Origin: Bacillus subtilis subsp. subtilis str. 168
GTDB taxonomy: Bacteria; Bacillota; Bacilli; Bacillales; Bacillaceae
Reading direction: 5' to 3'
NCBI RefSeq assembly: GCF_000009045.1
Contig: NC_000964.3
Location: forward strand, 1,170,001 to 1,202,000
DNA: 32,000 nucleotides
A program made the translations under genes and the position numbers. The notes beneath the pieces are model-generated. The model did no database searches. It saw nothing but the letters and a program-made list of their open reading frames with translations, and was not told the origin of the DNA. Positions within the stretch are counted from its first letter, which is position 1, and every line of letters starts with the position of its first letter. Positions 10,909-19,645 of the stretch are shown here, piece by piece.

Positions 10909-11400
10909 TTATCTGAAATTTATAAATTGAACGTCAATTGGCAGATCTGCTCCCCGTACAGCTGAGATAATCTGCTGCAGGTCATCTTTGTTTTTTCCGG
11001 TGACACGCACTTGATCATCCTGCACCTGAGACTTTACTTTCAGTCCGGAGTTTTTGATGATCGTATTGATTTTTTTTGCGTTGTCCTTGTCAATGCCTTG
11101 AACAAGCTTTGCACGCTGGCGCACCGTTCCGCCTGACGCGTTTTCAACCTTGCCGTAATCAATGTTTTTTGTCGGTACGTTTCGTTTAATCAATTTGCTG
11201 ACCAGCACATCTTTCAGCTGGCTTAATTTGAATTCGTCATCGGAAACGAGGACCAGCTCCTCTTTATCTAAAGAAATGTCGCTTTTGCTGCCTTTAAAGT
11301 CATATCGGGTACTGATTTCCTTCAGTGCGATTTGGATTGCGTTTTGCACTTCAGGCAATTCCACCTTGGATACAATATCAAATGAACTTTCTTTTGCCAT
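10909..11400 (-). CDS. yitK: YajQ-family (UPF0234) nucleotide-binding protein
   Basis: 163-aa ORF ([22 protein letters not shown]..), the typical YajQ fold family. An AGGAGG-like SD (GGAGGT) lies upstream. Confidence 0.9.
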
Positions 11401-11498
11401 ATGAAAACCTCCATAACATTTAACTTATGTGTTGATTATAGTAGAATAAAGAGAAACTTCCAACAGAACAAAGAATCAATTTGTGATGATTGGAAAAA

Positions 11499-12395
11499 AT
11501 GTTAACAAAATCCGCAGAGAATAAGCGGAACAGGAAGGACGATAGCATGAGACCAGGGCAGCAATTAACCTTGAGTATAGATCACCAAACCGACTTCGGT
11601 TACTTTTTAACCGATGGGGAAGATACGATTCTCTTACATAACAGTGAAATGACTGAGGATATCGAGGACAGAGACGAAGTAGAAGTCTTTATATACGTAG
11701 ACCAGCAGGAAAGGCTTGCGGCCACGATGAAAATTCCGATCATCAGCGCGGATGAATATGGCTGGGTTGAAGTGGTGGATAAAGTGGAAGATATGGGCGT
11801 TTTCGTTGATGTCGGTTTATCGAAGGACGCACTAGTCGCAACTGAGCATTTGCCGCCGTACGAAGATGTCTGGCCGCAAAAAGGGGACAAACTTTACTGT
11901 ATGCTGAAGGTGACGAACCGGGGGCGCATGTTTGCGAAACCAGCGCCGGAAGATATCATCAGCGAACTGTTTACCGACGCTTCAGAAGATCTGATGAATA
12001 AAGAGCTGACAGGTACGGTGTACAGGCTGATCGCATCGGGTTCATTCGTGATCACGGATGACGGTATCCGCTGTTTTATTCACCCGTCAGAAAGAAAAGA
12101 GGAGCCAAGACTGGGTTCAAGAGTCACAGGCCGGGTGATTCAAGTGAAAGAAGACGGTTCAGTCAACTTGTCGCTGCTTCCGAGAAAACAGGATGCAATG
12201 TCAGTTGATGCTGAGTGCATTCTAACGTATATGAGAATGAGAAACGGTGCCATGCCGTACAGTGACAAAAGCCAGCCTGACGATATCAGAGAACGTTTTA
12301 ATATGAGCAAAGCCGCCTTTAAACGCGCGCTGGGCCATTTGATGAAAAACGGAAAAGTGTATCAGGAAAATGGATGGACATACGAGAAAAAATAG
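11499..12395 (+). CDS. yitL: S1-domain RNA-binding protein (CvfB/YitL family)
   Basis: The track ORF starts at the TTG at 11490. The ATG at 11499 gives 298 aa. The ATG at 11547 (MRPGQQLTL..) has the best SD (AGGAAGGA, 8-nt spacing), so the true start may be there. Confidence 0.85.
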   Translation: MLTKSAENKRNRKDDSMRPGQQLTLSIDHQTDFGYFLTDGEDTILLHNSEMTEDIEDRDEVEVFIYVDQQERLAATMKIPIISADEYGWVEVVDKVEDMGVFVDVGLSKDALVATEHLPPYEDVWPQKGDKLYCMLKVTNRGRMFAKPAPEDIISELFTDASEDLMNKELTGTVYRLIASGSFVITDDGIRCFIHPSERKEEPRLGSRVTGRVIQVKEDGSVNLSLLPRKQDAMSVDAECILTYMRMRNGAMPYSDKSQPDDIRERFNMSKAAFKRALGHLMKNGKVYQENGWTYEKK

Positions 12396-12399
12396 CATG

Positions 12400-12443
12400 A
12401 AAACGGCTCGCCTGCAGCAGACTGCGGAGCGAGCCGTTTTTTT
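12400..12443. terminator. Strong bidirectional terminator between convergent yitL and yitM
   Basis: AAAACGGCTCGC..GCGAGCCGTTTTTTT with an additional inner stem GCAG/CTGC. The stem is flanked by an A-run and a T-run. Confidence 0.75.
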
Positions 12444-12447
12444 ATGT

Positions 12448-13032
12448 CTAGTTTAATTCATCAACCAGCGTTCTGATTGCCATTTCGCGATCCACATTGT
12501 CTGAAATCGCAATCGGCGTAATATCAATGGCGAGAATGATCAGAATCAGGGCACCTGCTGCAGCAACATAAGAAACATAATAGAAATAGTTAGCGGTATC
12601 AACAGTGTTGACAAGCTCGGCCTGAACTCTGGATGTATCATCCTTAGAAGCGGCGATTTCCTTTGCAGCTTCTACTTTTTCTTCAACGATTTGACCTGCT
12701 TTTTTCAGCAGTTCATCCACTTTCAATGCATCTTTGCTGTAAACAGCTTTCTTCAGGTTATCAAAAAAGTCAGCATCCTCTTTTTTAATATCAGCGACAA
12801 CCTGATTGGCAAAAGCCTTTGCCTGTTTTGTGTTGAGTTTGTCTGTCATCGCTTTATTAAAGACCTCTGGAAGCTGTTTGCCAACTTCCCCTTGGGCAAA
12901 CACAAAGCCTTTAAAAATTTCCTCACCTGAATACTCAAGCTGCTTTGCCTGTGCCACACTTTCTTGCTGCTTCACCAAAAACACAGTCGTCACCAATACA
13001 ACCGACAAAAATACTAGAAACGCCTTCTTCAA
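12448..13032 (-). CDS. yitM: Secreted toxin precursor, SdpC-like (YIT toxin precursor)
   Basis: 194-aa ORF. TTG start overlapping the yitO stop (TTGA), 7 nt after GGGAGAGG. It has a Sec signal peptide ending AQA-K and an SdpC-like block YSGEEIFKGFVFAQGEVGK. A hydrophobic segment spans residues ~147-176. Confidence 0.85.
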   Translation of the reverse strand: MKKAFLVFLSVVLVTTVFLVKQQESVAQAKQLEYSGEEIFKGFVFAQGEVGKQLPEVFNKAMTDKLNTKQAKAFANQVVADIKKEDADFFDNLKKAVYSKDALKVDELLKKAGQIVEEKVEAAKEIAASKDDTSRVQAELVNTVDTANYFYYVSYVAAAGALILIILAIDITPIAISDNVDREMAIRTLVDELN

Positions 13033-13958
13033 ACTGAAACCTCTCCCTTCTTGTGTTTTTTATTCCACAACAGTCTGCGAATATATGTAAATTGAATCGT
13101 GGAATCGATAGGAGTGAGATACAATATCAAAATGCCGGCCATGATAATCGAAAAACTGATGAGGCCCAGCATGACTGCAAAAATCTCATGCATAAAAACA
13201 GCGATGATCAAAATCAATCTCCAATGCTTCTTCGGCGCAAACAGTGCCGCGAAGATGACAATTTGAACCAGCAGCGTCCCCCATGTCGGAATCACCACGA
13301 ACGGACTTGTTACAATTGGCTTCGTTAACGCCTGAAAAAAGCCGTTGAAGCCAATGGTTTTTTCCTGGGCGAAATAATAGACGGCCGTTCCGTCCACCCA
13401 TTCCTGCTGAGATAGCTTAGCGACGGTAGAGTGAAAATAAAGCACCGCCACTTGGATTCTGATCACAAAATAAGAAATAAAAGCTGTTATTTTTCCAAGT
13501 GTTCTTTTGCCCTCTATAGGTCTCGTACTCCAATGCCATTTTCTCGGATCGGTCAGCGTGATGGGAAGCAATAAAAAGGTCATGACTGCTGCTGCCTGCT
13601 CGCCTCCGTCGATGACGATCAGCGATGACTGCAGGCTGTAACTGACATACCAATGCAGAACCCCGGTGATTCTGGGGCGCCAGCCAATGACAACAAGCAC
13701 CAGAATGGCAATGCAGACCCATCTGAAAAGATTTAACATCATATAGTTATTTTCGCCGAGACAAAAGAGACTGAGATTCATTTTACAAGCTGGATAGCTG
13801 CTGATCCCGCTGGCTGGCTTCATAATGAGGCTCGGGTGATTGATGAGCAGCGTCAGCAGGCTGGATAGCGCAATGATGCTTCGCGCGAGGCCATATACAT
13901 TTGTCCACGGGTTTCTTTCGTCCCATCTGGTGATGGTCTGTTTTATGTTTTCGAGCAT
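13029..13958 (-). CDS. yitO: Polytopic membrane protein, SdpB-like (HTTM-type) toxin-maturation factor
   Basis: 309-aa multi-TM ORF overlapping yitP by 16 nt and yitM by 4 nt. I recognise it as the SdpB paralogue. Confidence 0.85.
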   Translation of the reverse strand: MLENIKQTITRWDERNPWTNVYGLARSIIALSSLLTLLINHPSLIMKPASGISSYPACKMNLSLFCLGENNYMMLNLFRWVCIAILVLVVIGWRPRITGVLHWYVSYSLQSSLIVIDGGEQAAAVMTFLLLPITLTDPRKWHWSTRPIEGKRTLGKITAFISYFVIRIQVAVLYFHSTVAKLSQQEWVDGTAVYYFAQEKTIGFNGFFQALTKPIVTSPFVVIPTWGTLLVQIVIFAALFAPKKHWRLILIIAVFMHEIFAVMLGLISFSIIMAGILILYLTPIDSTIQFTYIRRLLWNKKHKKGEVSV

Positions 13959-14479
13959 GAGATCACAACCTTGACTATGCTTTTTACCTGATAAGACGAA
14001 GGGGTATATTTAGAATAGCTCCAAGGAACAATATCCTCTTTCGTCAAATAGTAGCTGCCACAAAGCAGCGGGCGGGGAGCGGGTGTTTTTAATTGCACGG
14101 TTTTGGCTTTGCTTTTGCATGCGCCGAGGTCCTTTTCTTTACATGCTGTCCACTGTTCCTTGCCGACTTGGCTGTAGATCACGCCCATTTCAACGCCTTG
14201 TGACCGCCCATACCGATACAGGCCGAATAGGTTGTCAGCCCTCATATTGGGCCATCTGACCTTGGCGCTGGCATTTTCAGCCTCATATAAGCCGATTGCA
14301 GTATCACGCGGATTTTTGCTAAAAAAGCCCCAGCCCTGAGGGAGGATGCTGGACATGAGAAATTTGGAGTCCTTTGTCAGCGGAATCGGGGTTGTCCCTA
14401 AGCTGCCAATAATAGAAAACAGAAATAGCGAACCCCAAAGGATTGAAAAAATGACAAAAAATGATATCGATTTCTGCAT
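13943..14479 (-). CDS. yitP: SdpA-like toxin-maturation protein with N-terminal membrane anchor
   Basis: The track ORF is 193 aa. The ATG at 14479 (MQKSISFFVIFSIL..) follows AAAGGAG with 7-nt spacing and gives 178 aa. Confidence 0.8.
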   Translation of the reverse strand: MQKSISFFVIFSILWGSLFLFSIIGSLGTTPIPLTKDSKFLMSSILPQGWGFFSKNPRDTAIGLYEAENASAKVRWPNMRADNLFGLYRYGRSQGVEMGVIYSQVGKEQWTACKEKDLGACKSKAKTVQLKTPAPRPLLCGSYYLTKEDIVPWSYSKYTPSSYQVKSIVKVVISCSKT

Positions 14480-14602
14480 TCGACTGCTCCTTTTAACCTG
14501 AAGAATCGTTTTTACACTTTTCATAATATAAAAACATTTATGTAATAAAAAGGTTAAAAAGTATGAGAAATTCCATTTTTGTTAAAAGGAAAAACAGGAC
14601 AT

Positions 14603-14650
14603 TTTACACTGCTATATGTGATTGATATATAGTGTTTTTTTCGATATATT
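14603..14650 (+). promoter_or_regulatory. Two overlapping sigma-A-type promoters plus an imperfect inverted repeat (candidate PadR/YizB operator) upstream of yizB
   Basis: P1 is TTTACA (14603-08), 17 nt, TATATA (14626-31). P2 is TTGATA (14622-27), 17 nt, TATATT (14645-50). The inverted repeat ACACTgcTATAT..ATATAtAGTGT (14606-14635) covers the P1 spacer and -10 and the P2 -35. Confidence 0.45.
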
Positions 14651-14656
14651 TAAACC

Positions 14657-15004
14657 ATGAAAACGAATCAAGTTAATGACCGCTGGATTGTTCAATTTCG
14701 AAAAGGGATTTTCGAGCTGGCCATCCTATCCCTTCTGCGTTCTAAACCGATGTACGGTTATGAGCTGACGTCATCCTTAAAAACCACCTCGGCGCTGGCT
14801 ATTTCAGAGGGAGCGATTTATCCGATTTTGAAACGTATGACCGAGAAGGGATGGATCGAATTTTTTTGGGAAGATTCACTGGACGGCCCGAAAAGAAAGT
14901 ATTACAAAATGACGCAAAAAGGAGAAGAAATGTTAAAAGAACGGCTGGAGAAATACCTGGAAACCCATCAAGCCTTACTGTCTTTATCGGGGGATTTGCT
15001 ATGA
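14657..15004 (+). CDS. yizB: PadR-family transcriptional regulator
   Basis: 115-aa ORF with the PadR winged-helix signature ([39 protein letters not shown]). There is no SD upstream of the ATG. Its stop overlaps the yitQ start (ATGA). Confidence 0.85.
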
Positions 15005-15588
15005 ATGGACAGCTTATCATTGACCGATACATGGAGGAACTAAATGCAGAGCTGGCGAATATGCCTGATGTAGAGAGAGAAAACGCTATCGACGAATTAA
15101 AGGGGCATATCACCGCTTTCGTTCAAGACAGAATCAAAGCCGGCCTTAGTGAAGAGGAACTGCAGGAAGCTGTTGAATCTGAATTTTCTCATCCGAAGGA
15201 GCTTGCCGAATTGATGATGGGTGATGGGGGAGAGACGAAAAGGAGGAGGTCTTTATTGGGCAAAAGCTGGATTTCGGTCCTTCTCATTGTCACGATTATC
15301 GCCCTGCCGCTGCTGCCGTCCGACTTCAGACATCTGCCGCTGGCTGTTTATTTAATGGTGCTCGCCGGATATGTATGGAAGCGGAAAAAATTGGTGATGT
15401 TTGCAGGTGTCAGAAAAAACAAAATGCGCTCTCAAAAGGAGATTGTCAAGATTTCGCGAGTCGGTGCGGTTTATCTGCTGTTTTTAGCAGTGGTGCTCCT
15501 TTTGAGCCCGTTCCTCAATGCGCTTGTCGTCCTGCTGCTGATTGCAGTAAGCTGCGCCGCTTTTTTTCTTTTTCTTAACATCAAGTAA
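15001..15588 (+). CDS. yitQ: Membrane protein with an N-terminal PadR-associated helical domain (DUF1700-like); YIT-toxin immunity protein
   Basis: The track ORF starts at 14851 inside yizB. The ATG at 15001 ([37 protein letters not shown]..) is translationally coupled to yizB and gives 195 aa. The C-terminal half has 3-4 TM segments. Confidence 0.8.
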
Positions 15589-15607
15589 TCTTGTAGGAGG
15601 CTGTAAG

Positions 15608-15901
15608 ATGGAAATCAGCATCAATTATCTATTAATTGTCATCGCGCTTTTATTCTTTGTGGTTGCCTATTTTGTCGGAATCAAAAAACAAACCTGGATG
15701 TTGGCTGGGTTTAACGAGGCGCGTATACGGGATAAAGATCGGCTGGCCAGAATAGCAGGCTACTTTTTCTTGAATTCCGGTTTGTTCATTTTGCTGAATA
15801 GTTTTATCTCATTTCAAGGTCAGGAGCAGCTCATACCTCCGCTTATACTGGCATATGGAGCAGGGGTTATTATTTATGTCAATAAAAAATTAGTAGAGTA
15901 G
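15608..15901 (+). CDS. yitR: Small 3-TM membrane protein (DUF3784-like)
   Basis: 97-aa ORF. The ATG lies 7 nt after AGGAGG. Its hydrophobic segments are separated by the basic loop RIRDKDRLAR. Confidence 0.8.
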   Translation: MEISINYLLIVIALLFFVVAYFVGIKKQTWMLAGFNEARIRDKDRLARIAGYFFLNSGLFILLNSFISFQGQEQLIPPLILAYGAGVIIYVNKKLVE

Positions 15902-15942
15902 AAAAAGAAGGGCAGAGCGAAATATCTCTGCCCTTCTTTTTT
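15902..15942 (+). terminator. Intrinsic terminator of yizB-yitQ-yitR
   Basis: AAGAAGGGCAGAG-cgaaatat-CTCTGCCCTTCTT followed by TTTT. Confidence 0.75.
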
Positions 15943-15984
15943 GGGAAAATAAGAACGAAGCACCACATACAAGTTTTTGTATTT

Positions 15985-16012
15985 TTGATAGGATGAAGAA
16001 AAATGGTAGATT
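15985..16012 (+). promoter_or_regulatory. Candidate sigma-A promoter of nprB
   Basis: TTGATA, 16 nt, TGgTAGATT (extended -10), about 25 nt upstream of the nprB start. Confidence 0.35.
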
Positions 16013-16036
16013 CCAAAATAGGAAGGATGTGGTGTT

Positions 16037-17653
16037 TTGCGCAACTTGACCAAGACATCTCTATTACTGGCCGGCTTATGCACAGCGGCCCAAATGGTTT
16101 TTGTAACACATGCCTCAGCTGAAGAAAGCATCGAATACGACCATACGTATCAAACCCCTTCATACATCATCGAAAAGTCACCGCAGAAGCCGGTACAAAA
16201 CACAACCCAGAAAGAATCGCTATTTTCCTATCTTGACAAGCATCAAACGCAGTTTAAGCTCAAAGGGAATGCGAACAGCCATTTTCGCGTTTCGAAAACC
16301 ATAAAGGATCCAAAGACAAAACAAACGTTTTTTAAATTAACGGAGGTTTACAAAGGAATTCCGATTTACGGCTTTGAACAAGCGGTCGCGATGAAGGAAA
16401 ACAAACAAGTGAAAAGTTTCTTTGGAAAGGTGCATCCGCAAATCAAGGACGTCTCCGTCACACCGTCTATTTCTGAGAAAAAAGCAATACATACAGCAAG
16501 GCGTGAGCTCGAGGCTTCCATTGGAAAAATCGAATATCTTGATGGGGAACCAAAAGGCGAATTATATATCTATCCACACGACGGTGAATATGATCTCGCC
16601 TACCTTGTGAGACTCTCGACATCTGAACCTGAGCCTGGCTATTGGCATTATTTCATCGATGCCAAAAACGGAAAGGTCATCGAGTCCTTTAATGCCATTC
16701 ATGAAGCGGCAGGTACAGGAATCGGCGTGTCAGGTGATGAAAAAAGCTTTGACGTCACAGAACAAAATGGGCGCTTTTATTTGGCTGACGAAACAAGGGG
16801 AAAAGGGATCAATACATTTGACGCGAAGAACCTGAACGAAACCTTGTTTACGCTTTTGTCTCAACTGATCGGGTATACGGGCAAAGAAATAGTCAGCGGC
16901 ACGTCCGTATTTAATGAACCTGCGGCTGTAGACGCACACGCAAATGCGCAAGCCGTTTACGATTATTACAGCAAGACATTTGGCCGTGATTCTTTTGATC
17001 AAAACGGAGCAAGGATTACGTCTACCGTGCATGTCGGCAAACAATGGAACAATGCTGCGTGGAACGGTGTCCAGATGGTATACGGGGATGGAGACGGTTC
17101 GAAATTTAAGCCGCTGTCTGGATCGCTCGACATTGTCGCGCATGAAATCACACACGCAGTCACACAGTATTCCGCCGGTCTTTTATATCAAGGAGAACCC
17201 GGTGCATTAAATGAGTCCATTTCTGACATTATGGGCGCGATGGCTGACCGTGATGATTGGGAGATCGGCGAAGATGTCTATACTCCTGGTATTGCAGGAG
17301 ATTCATTGCGGTCATTGGAGGACCCATCTAAGCAGGGAAATCCAGATCATTACTCGAACCGCTACACAGGAACAGAGGATTATGGCGGAGTCCATATCAA
17401 TTCGTCCATTCACAATAAAGCAGCTTATCTTCTTGCAGAAGGAGGCGTGCACCACGGTGTACAGGTTGAAGGGATTGGGCGTGAAGCAAGTGAACAAATT
17501 TACTATCGGGCTTTAACATATTATGTAACGGCATCTACAGATTTCAGCATGATGAAGCAAGCGGCGATTGAAGCTGCCAATGATTTATACGGTGAAGGCT
17601 CGAAGCAATCAGCTTCAGTCGAAAAGGCGTATGAGGCTGTCGGCATTCTATGA
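16037..17653 (+). CDS. nprB: Extracellular neutral metalloprotease B (thermolysin family M4), prepro-enzyme
   Basis: 538-aa ORF. TTG start after GGAAGGATGTGG. Signal peptide ..VTHASA-EE, a long propeptide, the zinc motif VAHEITHAV and the third ligand in GALNESISD. Confidence 0.93.
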   Translation: MRNLTKTSLLLAGLCTAAQMVFVTHASAEESIEYDHTYQTPSYIIEKSPQKPVQNTTQKESLFSYLDKHQTQFKLKGNANSHFRVSKTIKDPKTKQTFFKLTEVYKGIPIYGFEQAVAMKENKQVKSFFGKVHPQIKDVSVTPSISEKKAIHTARRELEASIGKIEYLDGEPKGELYIYPHDGEYDLAYLVRLSTSEPEPGYWHYFIDAKNGKVIESFNAIHEAAGTGIGVSGDEKSFDVTEQNGRFYLADETRGKGINTFDAKNLNETLFTLLSQLIGYTGKEIVSGTSVFNEPAAVDAHANAQAVYDYYSKTFGRDSFDQNGARITSTVHVGKQWNNAAWNGVQMVYGDGDGSKFKPLSGSLDIVAHEITHAVTQYSAGLLYQGEPGALNESISDIMGAMADRDDWEIGEDVYTPGIAGDSLRSLEDPSKQGNPDHYSNRYTGTEDYGGVHINSSIHNKAAYLLAEGGVHHGVQVEGIGREASEQIYYRALTYYVTASTDFSMMKQAAIEAANDLYGEGSKQSASVEKAYEAVGIL

Positions 17654-17701
17654 GCAAACAAAAACAGTCAGGACACAGAGTCTGACTGTTTTTGTTTGCT
17701 C
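17652..17701. terminator. Bidirectional terminator between nprB and yitS: a perfect 20-bp inverted repeat
   Basis: GAGCAAACAAAAACAGTCAG (17652-71), a 10-nt loop, then CTGACTGTTTTTGTTTGCTC (17682-17701). The arms begin inside both stop codons. Confidence 0.7.
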
Positions 17702-18551
17702 ATTTTCTTAAAAAGAATATCGCCAATGTACCTGGACCGGCATGCGAGCCGATGGCTGAACTGATTGGATGCATAATGATTTCTTTCGGCTTGAACGCTT
17801 CCTCAATCAGGTGTTTCATATCCGTGGCTTTTTCTTTGTTCGCGGCGTAGCTAATCCCGACGGTTTGATTGCTCCAATCATCCCCGCGCTCTTTCATAAG
17901 CTCGATGATCCGTTTGAAAAGTTTCTTCTGTCCGCGAATTTTTTCCAGAGGCACAAGCTTGCCGTCCTCCATCTGAAGCAGCGGTTTAATATTCAACAGG
18001 CCGCCGACAAAAGCGGACGTTTTGGATATCCGGCCGCCCCTCGCGAGATATGTTAAATCATCAACGGTAAAAATGTGTTCAAGCTGGCTGCAAAAGTTCT
18101 TTACAGACGTTTCAATTTCTTGTATTGTATTCCCGTTGATACAGAGATCGGCAGCATGCCGGACAGCCAGACCGTATCCTAATGAAGCGCATTTGGAATC
18201 AATGACCCGCAAATCGAAATCGGGGAATTCCTCCTTCACTTCATTGGCGATCATTACAGCTGTCTGATACGTGCCGGAGAGACCTGAGGAAAAGGCAATG
18301 TAAAGAGCGGGATCACCTGTTTCGGCATATTGCAAAAACACATTTTTAATCGTTTGCGGTGAGGCTTGGGACGTCTTAGGCGTTTCTCCATTTTGCATCG
18401 CTTCAAATATTTGATCCGCATGAATTGTGACTGCATCTTCGAATTCTTTATCGCCGAGAGAAACCCTGAGCGGAATAAAGCCAATGCCTTTTTCTTCAAA
18501 ATAAGAACGAGGCAAATCAGTGGCGCTGTCAGCGATGAGATGAACTGTCAT
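17700..18551 (-). CDS. yitS: DegV-family fatty-acid-binding protein
   Basis: The track ORF is 295 aa. The ATG at 18551 ([14 protein letters not shown]..) follows GAAGGGAAG and gives 283 aa, with the typical DegV N-terminus. Confidence 0.85.
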
Positions 18552-18688
18552 ATTGCTTCCCTTCTTTCCGTTATCGCTCGTTATCATGAGAGTTAAGCCA
18601 ACTATATCATATTAATTTGCCAAAATCGTGTTCAAATATTTGTTTTAAGGGAAAACATAATAAAGAAGAAAGAGCGGAGGAACATGCC

Positions 18689-19531
18689 ATGGTACTAGAT
18701 CAAACAAAAAAATTACTCATCGTCATCATCGGCGCTTTACTCAATGCTGCCGGGCTGAACTTATTTTTGATACCTGCAGATGTATATGCCAGCGGATTTA
18801 CAGGTGTTGCCCAGCTTTTATCAAGCGTCGTTGATCAATATGCCCCCTTTTACATATCGACGGGAACGCTCTTGTTCCTCTTAAACATTCCGGTCGGTAT
18901 TTTAGGATGGCTGAAGGTCGGCAAATCGTTTACAGTGTACAGCATTTTAAGTGTCGCACTCACTACTCTGTTTATGGGGATCCTGCCGGAAACAAGCCTG
19001 TCACATGACATTTTGCTGAACGCGGTGTTCGGCGGCGTCATTTCCGCAGTCGGTATCGGCTTAACATTAAAATACGGAGCTTCGACAGGCGGGCTTGATA
19101 TCGTCGCCATGGTACTTGCAAAGTGGAAGGATAAACCCGTCGGCACGTATTTCTTCATTCTGAACGGGATTATCATCTTGACGGCAGGATTATTGCAAGG
19201 TTGGGAGAAAGCATTATATACCCTGGTTACACTATATGTGACAACGAGGGTGATCGACGCCATTCACACTCGCCACATGAAGCTTACGGCAATGATTGTG
19301 ACGAAAAAAGCGGACGAAATCAAGGAAGCCATTTACGGAAAAATGGTGCGCGGCATCACAACTGTTCCGGCAAAAGGAGCATTTACGAACGAACAGAAAG
19401 AAATGATGATTATCGTCATCACGAGGTATGAACTGTACGATTTAGAAAAGATCGTCAAAGAAGTTGATCCAAAAGCATTTACGAACATCGTTCAAACGAC
19501 AGGGATTTTTGGTTTCTTTAGAAAAGACTGA
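18689..19531 (+). CDS. yitT: YitT-family (UPF0750) membrane protein with a C-terminal DUF2179-like soluble domain
   Basis: The track ORF starts at 18617. The ATG at 18689 (MVLDQTKKLLIVIIG..) lies 7 nt after GGAGGA and gives 280 aa. Confidence 0.85.
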   Translation: MVLDQTKKLLIVIIGALLNAAGLNLFLIPADVYASGFTGVAQLLSSVVDQYAPFYISTGTLLFLLNIPVGILGWLKVGKSFTVYSILSVALTTLFMGILPETSLSHDILLNAVFGGVISAVGIGLTLKYGASTGGLDIVAMVLAKWKDKPVGTYFFILNGIIILTAGLLQGWEKALYTLVTLYVTTRVIDAIHTRHMKLTAMIVTKKADEIKEAIYGKMVRGITTVPAKGAFTNEQKEMMIIVITRYELYDLEKIVKEVDPKAFTNIVQTTGIFGFFRKD

Positions 19532-19645
19532 CGAAAGCAGGTGGAAGTCGTGAAACGGCTGCTTGTGATGCTCCTCCCCGTGCTGCTTTTGATAGGCTGC
19601 GGGAAAGATGAGCAGACAGAACCCGATAAGGAGGTATCAGGCGGA

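Noticed and set aside
10897-10921. Two overlapping CodY-box-like motifs (AAATTTCAGATAAAT and AATTTTCTGATTCCT on the minus strand; about 12/15 and 11/15 matches) straddling the yitK stop codon, upstream of the yitJ leader.
   Set aside because: The matches are partial and lie in an AT-rich stretch where such hits are expected by chance. The location relative to the likely yitJ promoter is not clearly functional.
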